Positions 31,607-42,233 are shown, counted from the stretch's first letter. The stretch is 64,000 nt of DNA from Candidatus Omnitrophota bacterium (GCA_015231405.1 JADGBR010000006.1:40218-104217); one strand, 5' to 3'. Made by a program: numbers and translations. The notes: a model not told the origin generated them from the sequence alone.

Positions 31607-31757
31607 AGAAGCCAGAATTCAGAAGACAGAAGACAGAAGACAGAACCCAGAATAGTAGTGTCGAGATATGATCCCCGAGAAGAGTGCATTACCCCCCCCC
31701 CTCAACCGTTTATTCTGTATTCTATATTCTGTATTCTGGATTCTGAATTCTGAATTC
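31607..31757. repeat. Inverted pair of heptamer arrays (CAGAAGA / TATTCTG)
   Basis: agaagccagaattcagaagacagaagacagaagacagaacccagaa ... tattctgtattctatattctgtattctggattctgaattctgaattc. Confidence 0.75.
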
Positions 31758-31771
31758 CTGTTTCTTACTTC

Positions 31772-31800
31772 TTGACATCCCCCAAACACTATGTTATTTT
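31772..31800 (+). promoter_or_regulatory. Sigma70-like promoter of tRNA-Glu
   Basis: TTGACA-17 bp-TATTTT with TGn extension. Confidence 0.55.
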
Positions 31801-31816
31801 ATTGCCTTAATACCGT

Positions 31817-31894
31817 GGCCCCATCGTCTAGCCTGGCCTAGGACGTCAGATTCTCATTCTGGTAACAGGGGTTCGAATCCCCTTGGGGCTACCA
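31817..31894 (+). tRNA. tRNA-Glu(CTC)
   Basis: GGCCCCA...TGGGGCT acceptor stem, CTC anticodon, GTTCGAATC T-loop and encoded CCA. Confidence 0.95.
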
Positions 31895-31898
31895 CTCT

Positions 31899-31937
31899 AA
31901 AAAAGCTGTTCCATCACAAAAATGGAACAGCTTTTTT
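31899..31937 (+). terminator. Rho-independent terminator, possibly bidirectional
   Basis: aaaaaagctgttccat...atggaacagctttttt. Confidence 0.75.
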
Positions 31938-32044
31938 ATTTAGAAAAGCCCCAAGGGGATTCGAAGGGAGATTTTGAGCCTTTAATACAGGTCAGATCCG
32001 AGCAAGCGAGGATTTGACTTACAACCGAAAAATCGGGTGGCCGA

Positions 32045-32204
32045 TCCGCCTTCGCCAAACTATTTTATGTTAATTGGCTTCGGCGGACAGGCCGTAGGGC
32101 GATCATATTTTCCGGCGTGAGCGATAGCGAGAGCCGGTAACATTATATGAGCCCGACTTGCCCGCCGTAGCCAGATACAATACAAATATTTTGGCGAAGG
32201 CGGG
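32045..32204. repeat. Two inverted copies of a CCGCCGWAGCC-N-TTGGCGAAGGCGG palindrome
   Basis: Copies at ~32045-32088 (minus) and ~32161-32204 (plus); related copies at ~16920, ~52474 and ~59015-59103. Confidence 0.75.
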
Positions 32205-32248
32205 AGGCGCCGAATCCACTCTTCACGAAGCCTCGCGGTCAATAACGT

Positions 32249-35200
32249 TTAATTCGTCCTCAGATCCCTGGACCCGTCTGTCTGCACGGCGTAAGTGAAA
32301 GTCATCGTAACCATATCGTCGTCATTCATTCCGTCCTGATCGGCATTGACCGTGTCTATCCTCATTTTCGCGTAATAACCTTCCTGCGTTACTAAAAGAT
32401 AAACTTTGCCCGCGGTAGCCGGGCCATTGACTTCGTTCGTTATGTCCGGAGCGGTGGAGAGGCTGTCAAAAGTATAAGTCCCGGAAACATCCTGAATTTT
32501 AGCGTTTCCATATGTGAACAAGAGGTTCGGAAATTCGAGAACAAAATCTCCTACCGCGTCAGCCTGCGCCCCCGATGAAAAGAAAAACCCTCTGTCCATG
32601 TTGGAGGCCATCGGAAGGTCTACCGACGTTACCGTTCCTGTCCTTACGCTAAGTACCGAAGACACTCCTCCGGTTTCCTGTGTAGCGCCAGATCCGGGCT
32701 GCTCAGGGTTCCTCGTATCCCTGTCAACCCTGATAGCCTCGACGACGGCCTCGCCGAGTCCGCTGGACGAGGCTATTTCAGGAGAAAGCGTCGCGTATAT
32801 GAGATTGCCCTTAAGATTGTAGATCTTCATTTTACCGTCTTCCAGTAAAAATATCATTCGGGTCGAACCGCTTGTCCTCTGCTGCTGGCCAGTTTTCTTC
32901 GGTGTCTGGGTTTTCTGCCACCGTGTTTCGGCAATAAATAACGCGTTGTTCTTCTCTATACGGTCGATGAATATCGTAAGCCTTATATCGTCGAACATAT
33001 CAAAATCGAACCTGATCCCTTCTTCCAGAAATATCTTATTCCCCAGAAAATCCCTCGATATCAGAGAAGACACATTCGCGATATTTTTAGACTCGTAAGA
33101 ATCGGCTAATTCCTTAACGGCGTCCCTGATCAGCACGGTATGATCTATATCCCGGTAAACGAGCGTCTGTCCGTTCGAAAGGAGATCGAATACTTTTTCA
33201 TCGGACTCGAACTTAAGTTTGATCCGCGGAATGTACTGTTTTCCAGGGACAGGATGGAACGAATACCGGATTTGCCTGTCTACGGGTATTTCTTTAAATA
33301 CCGATCCGTCTTCCGATATAAGGACTGTCTTTATACCGTAAAGGTTATCGAGCCACGCGGTGATCTCTATAGTATTGTCGCGAAGTTCGCTCGAGGTAAG
33401 CACCATTTCGCCGGGAACATTGGGTATCGTGAGCGTGTTCACTCTCACGTCATACACCCTGTACCCGGACTTTTCAGCGTCTTCCTTCTCCCTTTTCTTC
33501 CTTTCTTCTTCCTCTTTCCTCTTTTCCTCATCGCGTTTAGCCGCGTATTCCGCGTCCATCCTGGCCTCATATATCTTCATCGACGCCTCTATAGCTTTAT
33601 TCGTCTCCGCGGAAAAGATCTTGTATATGGCCGGGGTCTTCCCTCCGTCAGGGGAGGCGTAGGCCTTAAGCCATTGGTCTAATATGGGCCGGTCGGCTTC
33701 TGCGTTGAGCGTGGAAGCGATAACGGCCCTTTTACCCATGGCTGTGACGTAATCGGAAGACGCGAACTCGTTACGGACTTTCAAGTTGATCTCGTCTATC
33801 TTAGGGAGAAAAGATATAAAGTCGTTGATCTCGTTCGCCACGCCGAAACTCGCGTTAGCTATCTCGGCGCATTTATTAAAAATATCCTCTCTTACCCTGG
33901 GATTCCCGTTCATGTCGACATCCCACAGGTCCTCGCCGTATTTATTCTCAGGGTTTATGACGCCTTGTTCGGGGTAGCCTTCAGCGATTACCCTCACCAG
34001 ACCGAGATCCGGATCGGAGTTAACTTTTTCCTCGAACTGCCAGCGGGTATTGAGAGCGAGCGCCGCGAGATGCCCCGCGCGCGAGGCGGGTTCACCCAAT
34101 ACCGCGAATTTCTTCCTTTCTTCTTCAAGAAAAGCTTTAACCTTAGCCCCATCGGCTCCGGAATCGAACATCTCGGCCACTTGCTTGCGTAGCTTAGCGA
34201 GATGCCGGTATGCGGAGGCGCTGTCTTCGAACCCGGCGGCTTTGGCCTCAACTATGACCGCCTTACCCTTATTTACGGCGAATATGGCCGCGTTCACCAC
34301 ATCGGCCGCGCCGGTAGAATATCTTTGAACGAATCCCCTGGCTTTTGATACCTTATTATCGAACTCAGAGCGCATAGCGGTGATATTCTTTTTATACACA
34401 TCATTCTCTTCCGGGATCCTCGCGATGATTTTATTTAAAGATATCGATTGAGATGAGGCTGAGGCGGTAAGATACTCCACATTGTAAGAGCCAGGGCTCA
34501 CTCCCAACCCCGCCAAAGCGTTCATAACAGGGGTCGCCTCCCCTTTAAGAGAAGAAACAAAATTGTCATATTCCACCGGATATCTCCGGATTACAGGAAG
34601 CAGATCGTCGTTAACCTTAATGATGACCCCGTAAAAATTCATTTCCTGAGTAAGCTCCTGGGGGCCCATGCCTCTTATGACCTGAGGAGCTAAAAGCTCA
34701 GGCAAGGCGTAGCTCGAGCTTTTTCCCTCAAGAGGATTATGGTTCCCACCCTTGAAGGAAGCCTTAGCTTCCTTGTTAAGTTCCGCGCCTATCTCCTCGA
34801 ACTTCTTTCGCCCGGCGGCTTCTATATTGTAGAGCGCTGTTTGATATGAAGCTATGAGCGCCTGCCGCTCCGCCTCATCTTTGACATGTGCCGGCGCAGG
34901 CGTAATATTAATTTTCCCTTTTTCTTTCCCGGCTGAATTGATCTCACCGTCTTTCTTTGCCGCCATCTCAATTTCAGCGGCTGATAACCTTTTCTTGAGC
35001 TCTTCCAGGCGTTTCCCCAGCCTATCGTCCTCTTCCGCTACACGGGGACGCTCGCTATCGATATCGGCTTTTGTCCTATCCAGATTTTTTCTGAGCTCGT
35101 ATATCTTTTTTTTGGCGTTCTCAATGGCTTCTAGGACATAATAGAACTTCCTATAAATAAGGCCCGTCTCTCCGAGATCGTCCGGGTTCTCCCCTTCTCT

Positions 35201-35737
35201 CATCACCTTGATCTTAAGATCGATGGCGTCCATGCTCAACGTTTTTTGGACTTCCGCGATCTCCGGAAGCAGCTTCTGGGCTCCTTCGCTCAGCCCCTGT
35301 ACGACTTTTTTGTAGGGGGAGAGCATACTGTCCTGCATCTGGTCCGACGCGTATTCGCAGGCGCAGGCGAGGATGATCAGCTTAATGGACTGCTGGGCGA
35401 AACCCAGCACAAGATTGACTTTCTGATACGTGTCAAACCCGAGCTTTATAGTGGATTTAATAAGGTTTTTCTGCAAGAGGTCCCTCATCCTCTTTTCGAG
35501 AGCGTCGAGCTCGTCATAGGCCTTGCCAAGGGACTCTACCATGCCAGGATAATTCTTCAGGAATTCATCCATACGGACAAGGGCGTCGTGGACTATCTTG
35601 TATTTCGCCTCGGTCTCGCGTATCTCGTTCTGGAGGTAATAAGCATCCTCCGCTGCGAACGCGTCAGGGGCTGTTCCCGGCATTGACGACAAAACCATAG
35701 AAAAGGACAAAATCGCTCTGACTGTTTTTCTGATCAT
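32249..35737 (-). CDS. Large secreted protein A (1162 aa): helical N-terminus plus shared Ig-like/NTF2-like/beta C-terminal module
   Basis: Signal peptide ending AFA; C-terminal ~400 aa visibly alignable with the 35800 and 42283 ORFs; GGAGG RBS. Confidence 0.85.
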   Translation of the reverse strand: MIRKTVRAILSFSMVLSSMPGTAPDAFAAEDAYYLQNEIRETEAKYKIVHDALVRMDEFLKNYPGMVESLGKAYDELDALEKRMRDLLQKNLIKSTIKLGFDTYQKVNLVLGFAQQSIKLIILACACEYASDQMQDSMLSPYKKVVQGLSEGAQKLLPEIAEVQKTLSMDAIDLKIKVMREGENPDDLGETGLIYRKFYYVLEAIENAKKKIYELRKNLDRTKADIDSERPRVAEEDDRLGKRLEELKKRLSAAEIEMAAKKDGEINSAGKEKGKINITPAPAHVKDEAERQALIASYQTALYNIEAAGRKKFEEIGAELNKEAKASFKGGNHNPLEGKSSSYALPELLAPQVIRGMGPQELTQEMNFYGVIIKVNDDLLPVIRRYPVEYDNFVSSLKGEATPVMNALAGLGVSPGSYNVEYLTASASSQSISLNKIIARIPEENDVYKKNITAMRSEFDNKVSKARGFVQRYSTGAADVVNAAIFAVNKGKAVIVEAKAAGFEDSASAYRHLAKLRKQVAEMFDSGADGAKVKAFLEEERKKFAVLGEPASRAGHLAALALNTRWQFEEKVNSDPDLGLVRVIAEGYPEQGVINPENKYGEDLWDVDMNGNPRVREDIFNKCAEIANASFGVANEINDFISFLPKIDEINLKVRNEFASSDYVTAMGKRAVIASTLNAEADRPILDQWLKAYASPDGGKTPAIYKIFSAETNKAIEASMKIYEARMDAEYAAKRDEEKRKEEEERKKREKEDAEKSGYRVYDVRVNTLTIPNVPGEMVLTSSELRDNTIEITAWLDNLYGIKTVLISEDGSVFKEIPVDRQIRYSFHPVPGKQYIPRIKLKFESDEKVFDLLSNGQTLVYRDIDHTVLIRDAVKELADSYESKNIANVSSLISRDFLGNKIFLEEGIRFDFDMFDDIRLTIFIDRIEKNNALFIAETRWQKTQTPKKTGQQQRTSGSTRMIFLLEDGKMKIYNLKGNLIYATLSPEIASSSGLGEAVVEAIRVDRDTRNPEQPGSGATQETGGVSSVLSVRTGTVTSVDLPMASNMDRGFFFSSGAQADAVGDFVLEFPNLLFTYGNAKIQDVSGTYTFDSLSTAPDITNEVNGPATAGKVYLLVTQEGYYAKMRIDTVNADQDGMNDDDMVTMTFTYAVQTDGSRDLRTN

Positions 35738-35799
35738 GTAAGTTAACCTCCAAATTGATAGTTCTGTACCGATATGCCTGAAGACCCGAAAACTTTGTT

Positions 35800-38700
35800 C
35801 TAAAAATTCCTCGACCCGTCGCGCTGGTACTTGTACCTGACTACCGTCGTGAACGGAAAGGCGGCCGCCGTCATGCTCGTTATCGATATGATCGCGTACT
35901 TCCCGTCGGGAAGCTGGAGCGCGTAAGTATGTCCCGTCGCCGCGTCAAGCCATCCTCCGGCATCATATCCTGAAGACGGCGCTTCGGTGACGCTGTCAAT
36001 AGATACCCCGCCGAGATCCACGATCCCTCCTGACGGATTTACCTTAATAAAAACGTCCTCTCTCCTGAAATCCGAGCTAAAAGCGAAAATATCCCTGGTT
36101 ACAGCGCTACACGCGAAAGTGTAGCCGTCGCAATCATGGAAACCGTATTGCGTAAGCGTTACCGACCCTGACTCCGACCTGGCACTCGTTCCGTCCGCGG
36201 TTTCGGTATCCGTATCGCCCTCAGTTGTCCCCGCTCCGGGCTGGACCGGGTCACGGTCGTCCCTGGCTGCCCTGACCTCATCGATGACCGTAACTCCTAA
36301 CCCGCTCGATTCGGCTATCTCCGGGGAAAGCGTCGCGTATATCAGGTTCCCTTTAAGGTTCTTTAGCTTCATCTTCCCGTCCTCGAACGCGAATATCATA
36401 GAAGTGTTCCCGGAAGTTTTCTGCTCCTGGCCGGTCTTTCTCGGACTTTGCGTTTTGTTCCATTTCGTATCTGCTATGAAATATGCCCCGCCCTTCTCTA
36501 TCCTGTTAATAAAAATGGCAAGCCTTATGCTGGAGAACATATCAAAATCAAACCTCACGCCTTCCTCAAGAAAAGTCCTGTTCCCGAGAAAATCATCGGA
36601 AACATATTCGCTGAAAGCCGATACGTTCTGCTGTTCGTATGCGTTGGCTATCGCCATGATAGAGTCCTGGACCAGCTTTACAAAATCAATATCCTTATAC
36701 GTAATGCTTTGGACATACGGGAAAAGCTCCTGGGTCACTTCTCCGGCTTCACCCATATCTATCCTTAAGATAAAGGTGTACTCGGCGTCAGGCGTCGGGG
36801 CAAAAGAATATTTCACATCTGCGCTATTCTGGATCTTCGTCCAGCTCCTGCCGCCATCCACTGAGATCTCGACGCCCCGTGATCCCGCGACTGTAGAAAG
36901 CTTCCCGGCGACCTCTATCTTACCGTTCTTGAGGTCCATTTTAGAAAGAACCACTGTTTGAGGCATGCTAGCCGCGTTGTATTTGTTAAGCGTCGCGCTC
37001 AGGACTTGTATGGCCTGCCGGCCGGCTTCATCCTCCGCTTCCTTCTTCTTTCTCTCCTCCTCTTCCTTCTTTTTCCTCGCCGCTTCTTCTTCCGCGGCTT
37101 GACGTTCCCGTTCCCATCGTTTTTCTTCATCTATTTTGTCCTGGCCGGACTTTTTGAGCTCATCCTCCACCTCTTTCTCCAGGGCCATCCATCCGCCTAA
37201 GGATTTCTCAATTGCGTCTGTCTTCGCGAACATGGAATATAGCCGGACGAAATGTGAAACATTCTCCTTCTGGAATTTCTCGAGCTGCTTGATCTTTTCC
37301 TGGACATTGTAGCTGTTCTTCTTAATATCGTCGAATTTCTGCTTCGCCTCGCCAAGATATTTATCGGCCAGTGCCGCCCTCTCGTCAAAAGTCTTTTTGA
37401 CAGTTTCGTAGGTCTCCTGGTACACCTTTATCCTGTCGGGTATGGTCAACCATTTATCAAGCGGAGGGTAGTAGGACTGGGCGAAATCGAATCTATACCT
37501 GATATTTGTCCCTATGCCTTTACGCAGGTTGTCCAGCTTAGAGACGAGATCGCTGTATTTCGCCCAGGCCTCTTTCATCTGTTCCAGGTACGCATACCCT
37601 CGCATCTTTTCGGGCAGGGTGTACATAAAAGCTGAGTTATCCGGCATAATGTACATATCGCTCTGCCTTCTTATTTCCTGTTCAAGCGTAAGATCAGAAA
37701 GGCGCAGCATGAACATATCCAGGGTGATATCGTAGTATATCCTGGCATACGCCGAGGCCACCTGGTCCGCGTGCTCTATCGTAAAAAGATCGCTTTCTCT
37801 CTTTGCAACGGCTGCTATGGCCTTATCCATTTCCTCGAGTATATCCTTTCTCTCCATCACCTTCGCCTGCGCCTCGGCGTCGTTATCTCCTCCCCACACC
37901 CTCGGGATACCCACGCTTTCGGCAGGAAGTATCTCCCCTCCCAGTTGCGCGTTATAGAACTGGCTTGTGGAAACGATATTTTCAAATCCCCACGACTGTT
38001 TACCGTCATATGGGATGAGCAGTCTTTTCGGCATTGAGCTCTCAAAACTTTTCGCGATGCTGATAGCGGACGCCGCGTATTGTTCGAATGCTTTTTTTTC
38101 TTTCGCGTAGAGTTCGGCCGCGGCTGACCTGTCTCCGGAAAGGTCCACTTTCATCTGTTGCACCTCTACAAGCTCCCGTGACGCGTCGCCGGGCATCTCG
38201 TATACGAGACCTTCCCGAGCGGCCATGTTCTCGGATATGATGGTGTAGAAATAGGCGGATCCCCATCCATCGGGAAAATTCAATTTGGTAAGGGCCTCCT
38301 GGGATGTCTCGCTGCCGGCTTTCCGATAGGCTTCCACGGCTTTATCGAGCTCTTCCCTGATCTTTTCGGCCTTTTCCCTCATATAAGCCCTCATCTTACT
38401 TCCCCGCTCGAGAGCTTCCGCGACAATGACCTGCTCTTCGGCGCATAGCACCTTGTAATCATTATAGAACTGCCCCTCGACTATACTGCCCCAGGCCCGA
38501 TTCATATAAGGCCCGCGCGCCGCATTGTACACATCGGATAACGCGTTACTCTGGGCGACAAGCGCGTCGTGTTCCGCTCTATTCCTGGCATTTTGGATCC
38601 TTGCCCAGATCGCGGCGAACTGAGGGTCATATTGTGCGGCGAGGGCCGCTAGGATCTCATTCGCCTTCCGTTTGCCGTCATCCATTTTCTTACTGGCCGC

Positions 38701-39966
38701 TTGAAGCGCCGCCTTCCTTTTCGACACGTAATCTTCATACATCCGTTCGATCGCCGCCGTATCATACCCCTCGATCCCGGATTCCTTGATCTCGGTGAAA
38801 GCCGTTTCTAAAGCGCTTAAAATTGAGCCATGATCGAACCCTTCATAAGGGAAAGACTGGACATATTTAGCCATCCTGCCGTTGTATTTATCTTCGTCCG
38901 ATTCCTCCGTCCGGACAAATGTCTCGGCATCCTGTTTTTTGGCGCCATTAATAAGGATATCAAATTCATCTATCATTTTTAGAGCCGGATCAGCTTCCTT
39001 CCTGGCCGCGTCGACGGCCGCGGTGACTCCGGCGGAAGCGCCCCTGGTTTCCTGCACAAGAGCGTCCAGTTTCGACCTCAATTCGTTCTCGATCTGTTTT
39101 TTCTCGAGGATATCGGCCTTCATGCGTGAAAGTTCGGCGATAATGGCGTTTTTCATATTGTCGCCTTCGTTATTTTTACCCTTCAAGTACCACCCGCCGT
39201 AAGCAAGCTGCTCGTCCCATTCCCGCTGAACGTAAGAGGCGATGTCAACGGTCTGGATCCATTCGACAAAGCCTCGGGGATTTTGTTGCGGGTCATGCCC
39301 CGCCAGAACGACCTTCATCTTTCCCTCGAGCGCGGAACTGAAGGCGTACTGAACGACATATTTGCCCAAAGCCTCTACCATCGACTGGGCCAGTTTATAC
39401 CATCCCCAGCCCGGCACGAAATATGTTATTATCTTTTCTCCCACATCCTTACCGAGAGATCTTAAGGCTTCTTCCGGACCGTCCTTTTTCCAGCTGGAAA
39501 TAAAATTATACGTCATCTGGACGCCCTCAAGACCGGCCTTAAAAGCGTTTACCTGGGTATCCAATTTTGCGTTAATATCGATATCGGCTGCCGACCACAA
39601 AGCCCCGACGTTCTTCCCTTCTATGATGGCTTTATGCATCATATCCGGGATCTGAGCCTTAAAAAGTTCCTCACGCAATTTTTTCTTTACATATTCCTCG
39701 AGCTTCTCCTTGGCCGCCTCTTTCAGCCGGTCGGAACTCTCTTCCCAGACTCGCTCTTTCCCTTTTTTGAGGATATAGGCGACTTTGGCTTTGTCGGTGG
39801 GGAGGCTGTTAAGTTCCGCGACGTCGTCGACAAAGTTAGTGAATTGTTTGATAAGTTCTTTAGATACCTTTTCCGTAGCCTCGTCCTCTGAGAAAGCCGG
39901 AGGGCACGCCGAAGTTATCGTGAAACAGAGAATGGTTATTGAGGCAAGTATCTTTTTTATGTTCAT
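35800..39966 (-). CDS. Large secreted protein B (1388 aa) with the same C-terminal module
   Basis: Signal peptide ending AFS; FLGNRTFLEEGVRFDFDMF, NLKGNLIYATLSPEIAESSGL and terminal YQRDGSRNF. Confidence 0.85.
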   Translation of the reverse strand: MNIKKILASITILCFTITSACPPAFSEDEATEKVSKELIKQFTNFVDDVAELNSLPTDKAKVAYILKKGKERVWEESSDRLKEAAKEKLEEYVKKKLREELFKAQIPDMMHKAIIEGKNVGALWSAADIDINAKLDTQVNAFKAGLEGVQMTYNFISSWKKDGPEEALRSLGKDVGEKIITYFVPGWGWYKLAQSMVEALGKYVVQYAFSSALEGKMKVVLAGHDPQQNPRGFVEWIQTVDIASYVQREWDEQLAYGGWYLKGKNNEGDNMKNAIIAELSRMKADILEKKQIENELRSKLDALVQETRGASAGVTAAVDAARKEADPALKMIDEFDILINGAKKQDAETFVRTEESDEDKYNGRMAKYVQSFPYEGFDHGSILSALETAFTEIKESGIEGYDTAAIERMYEDYVSKRKAALQAASKKMDDGKRKANEILAALAAQYDPQFAAIWARIQNARNRAEHDALVAQSNALSDVYNAARGPYMNRAWGSIVEGQFYNDYKVLCAEEQVIVAEALERGSKMRAYMREKAEKIREELDKAVEAYRKAGSETSQEALTKLNFPDGWGSAYFYTIISENMAAREGLVYEMPGDASRELVEVQQMKVDLSGDRSAAAELYAKEKKAFEQYAASAISIAKSFESSMPKRLLIPYDGKQSWGFENIVSTSQFYNAQLGGEILPAESVGIPRVWGGDNDAEAQAKVMERKDILEEMDKAIAAVAKRESDLFTIEHADQVASAYARIYYDITLDMFMLRLSDLTLEQEIRRQSDMYIMPDNSAFMYTLPEKMRGYAYLEQMKEAWAKYSDLVSKLDNLRKGIGTNIRYRFDFAQSYYPPLDKWLTIPDRIKVYQETYETVKKTFDERAALADKYLGEAKQKFDDIKKNSYNVQEKIKQLEKFQKENVSHFVRLYSMFAKTDAIEKSLGGWMALEKEVEDELKKSGQDKIDEEKRWERERQAAEEEAARKKKEEEERKKKEAEDEAGRQAIQVLSATLNKYNAASMPQTVVLSKMDLKNGKIEVAGKLSTVAGSRGVEISVDGGRSWTKIQNSADVKYSFAPTPDAEYTFILRIDMGEAGEVTQELFPYVQSITYKDIDFVKLVQDSIMAIANAYEQQNVSAFSEYVSDDFLGNRTFLEEGVRFDFDMFSSIRLAIFINRIEKGGAYFIADTKWNKTQSPRKTGQEQKTSGNTSMIFAFEDGKMKLKNLKGNLIYATLSPEIAESSGLGVTVIDEVRAARDDRDPVQPGAGTTEGDTDTETADGTSARSESGSVTLTQYGFHDCDGYTFACSAVTRDIFAFSSDFRREDVFIKVNPSGGIVDLGGVSIDSVTEAPSSGYDAGGWLDAATGHTYALQLPDGKYAIISITSMTAAAFPFTTVVRYKYQRDGSRNF

Positions 39967-39994
39967 CTCGCGCTCCTTTGGCGGTCATGTCGGA

Positions 39995-40510
39995 TCAAAA
40001 GGGGGAATTCCCTTTCACATCGTACAGCTTCCATTCCTCTCCCGACTTTTTAAACACGAAAAGACATTGCCCCCGGCTCTTACGCTGGCTTCCGGTGTCG
40101 AACGGCACGTCCTTCTTGTTCCAACTGAAAGAAACGGCGAGTTTGTCTCCTTTCGGAATAACCGTATTTATGAAATACTCTATGTCCAGGGGTCTTGCCG
40201 AATAAAATGAGTTCTCGACGCCGCTCACAAAAGACTGGCCGCCAGAGGGAAAATCATCGTCCACAATATCGGCGAAAGATCCCCTCGTGTACCCACGGTA
40301 AGAGTCGAAGATACGGGATAGAAGACTATCGGCTATCTCCCTTTCTTTTCCGGGAGCTATAACTTTCTGGGCTCTTCCCCTTTCGACCGTCGTTCCGGCC
40401 ATAGCCCACGCGTAAGATGTCAACGCCGTCAAAACCAGTAGCGACGCGAATACCCGGCAAAAACGATCAGAAATTCGAAACGAGCTTGGTGATAAACCTT
40501 GTTTCATCAT
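39995..40510 (-). CDS. Small secreted NTF2/SnoaL-like protein, a stand-alone homolog of the module domain
   Basis: Signal-like segment ending AWA; WNKKDVPFDTGSQRKSRG...FVF...WKLYDVKGN parallels WNKTQSPRKTGQEQKTSG...FAF...MKLKNLKGN; start uncertain. Confidence 0.7.
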   Translation of the reverse strand: MMKQGLSPSSFRISDRFCRVFASLLVLTALTSYAWAMAGTTVERGRAQKVIAPGKEREIADSLLSRIFDSYRGYTRGSFADIVDDDFPSGGQSFVSGVENSFYSARPLDIEYFINTVIPKGDKLAVSFSWNKKDVPFDTGSQRKSRGQCLFVFKKSGEEWKLYDVKGNSPF

Positions 40511-42233
40511 AAGACTGCTCCTTGTCCTGCTGATTATAGTCGTTATGTTCCCCTCGAAAGACCAGACGCGTGCTCCTTTTCTTCTCCATGAGAAAATTCA
40601 TTTCGAAAAATGTCGTGTAATTAAAATAGTTCTGCATGGGCTGGTTGGAATCGCTGGAGTTCACGTTATAACCAAAATATAGCATATGGGCGCCATAGAT
40701 GTTGTACTGGCCCTGGAACCCTACCCCGGTGTTAAAATCCTCCTTAGGGTACTTTTTGGGGTCGTGATAATCCAGGTTCAAATACCCCGAAAGATACGCT
40801 CGGCGCTTCAATATGTACTGTTCCCGCCCGAGATTCGTGCCGAGGCGGTAAAAGTAGTCGGAGTTAGATTTGACATATTTGTCGATGAAACCCCTAAATT
40901 CGCCGAAAATCCCGTAGCTTGTCTTATCGTCCAGATTATCGTTGACCGCAACGCCAGGCGTGTAAGTGACCGCGCGCAAGGTGTTAAAAACGTCGTCAGA
41001 CCTTCGTTCCTGCACGTTCGTGTAAGCCCTGACGCTGAACGAAGGATCGCTTTCGTACGGACGCATATTGAGCGTCATGTATTTTTCGTCGTATATGGTG
41101 CGTTTTTTCAATGTGCTTCCGGTAAGATGGTTCCAGTAATAATTCTCTGTGACGGTCGCCCTCATCTTTTTAGTGATATCATAATCAAGAGTTCCCTGGT
41201 GCTGCATTTTATCGGGCATAGCTGAACCCGCGTCGGTATAAAATTTAGGCTGAACGTAGTAGAAAAGATAAGTGCCGGTAAAGGGTCCGTATTTCAAACG
41301 GGGCCTGGCCCTGAACGCGTTGCCGTGCTTGTCGTCCGAATACGCCGCTTTTCTTTCGTCAAGGTTGTGATAACTCGTACCCAACTCATAGATCAGTGAG
41401 AAGTACTCTTTCGTGGCTATCTCGCCGTCCACGCTGACCACCGTATTGCTCATGTCCGGGATAGGCGTCCCGAGCCCTGTGGAATCGCTGGTAGCTCTGT
41501 CGTCACGGTTTGTAACGGCCTGGGTCCCTATCCTGAAAGTTTTGAACGCTTCCTCTCCTTCCTCCTTAAAAAGAAAGATATCGGTCTTCCCTCCGTACAC
41601 ATTTCTCCAGAATGCGCTCATATCGTTATCAGGGCTCTGACTGCGCGCGGCGACCCCTTGCAAATGCACGCTGTCGTATTCTTTTATCTCAGCGTTGAAC
41701 CCTTCGAGTGAGTTACCCAGAGTGAACTGGCTGAAGTCCCCGTAGAAATCTCCGAAGAGGAGCATATTGTCGGGGTTGGATATCTGGGTAGTAAGCTGTT
41801 TGACCCGGAGGTCCTTCCTCCTTTCGATACGACGGTCATCGGTCCTCCGGAGGAACAGCTGGCTTTCAAAACTGTAGTCTGAGATCAATTTTTCATAGCT
41901 ATTGATATTGACCTCGGTATTCTGATAAACTCCCCTTCTGAGAAATGTTTTCGTTCCGTTGCCTCCGGTAGCGTTAAAATTTATCTCTTCCATAACGCTC
42001 CCGGTTATCATTCCGGAACGGTCAGGGCCATAGTTGCCGTAATTTTTAAAATCGAGAAGATCATCCACCCTATCCTCAAGGGTGAAGGTCTTATTTACAT
42101 CAGGTGCTCCTCCGGCTGTAGAACCCTGTCCGAGATAATAAACCTCCGCCGCTTCAAGTGTTAACGGCCGGCAGAAAATAACTATTCCCGCCAGAACGAA
42201 CGACACAGCTACATCTCTCGACCTTTTTCCCAT
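40467..42233 (-). CDS. Predicted outer-membrane beta-barrel protein
   Basis: Signal peptide; Y/F/G/N/D-rich alternating strands; C-terminal aromatic residue (FITKLVSNF). Confidence 0.75.
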   Translation of the reverse strand: MGKRSRDVAVSFVLAGIVIFCRPLTLEAAEVYYLGQGSTAGGAPDVNKTFTLEDRVDDLLDFKNYGNYGPDRSGMITGSVMEEINFNATGGNGTKTFLRRGVYQNTEVNINSYEKLISDYSFESQLFLRRTDDRRIERRKDLRVKQLTTQISNPDNMLLFGDFYGDFSQFTLGNSLEGFNAEIKEYDSVHLQGVAARSQSPDNDMSAFWRNVYGGKTDIFLFKEEGEEAFKTFRIGTQAVTNRDDRATSDSTGLGTPIPDMSNTVVSVDGEIATKEYFSLIYELGTSYHNLDERKAAYSDDKHGNAFRARPRLKYGPFTGTYLFYYVQPKFYTDAGSAMPDKMQHQGTLDYDITKKMRATVTENYYWNHLTGSTLKKRTIYDEKYMTLNMRPYESDPSFSVRAYTNVQERRSDDVFNTLRAVTYTPGVAVNDNLDDKTSYGIFGEFRGFIDKYVKSNSDYFYRLGTNLGREQYILKRRAYLSGYLNLDYHDPKKYPKEDFNTGVGFQGQYNIYGAHMLYFGYNVNSSDSNQPMQNYFNYTTFFEMNFLMEKKRSTRLVFRGEHNDYNQQDKEQSYDETRFITKLVSNF

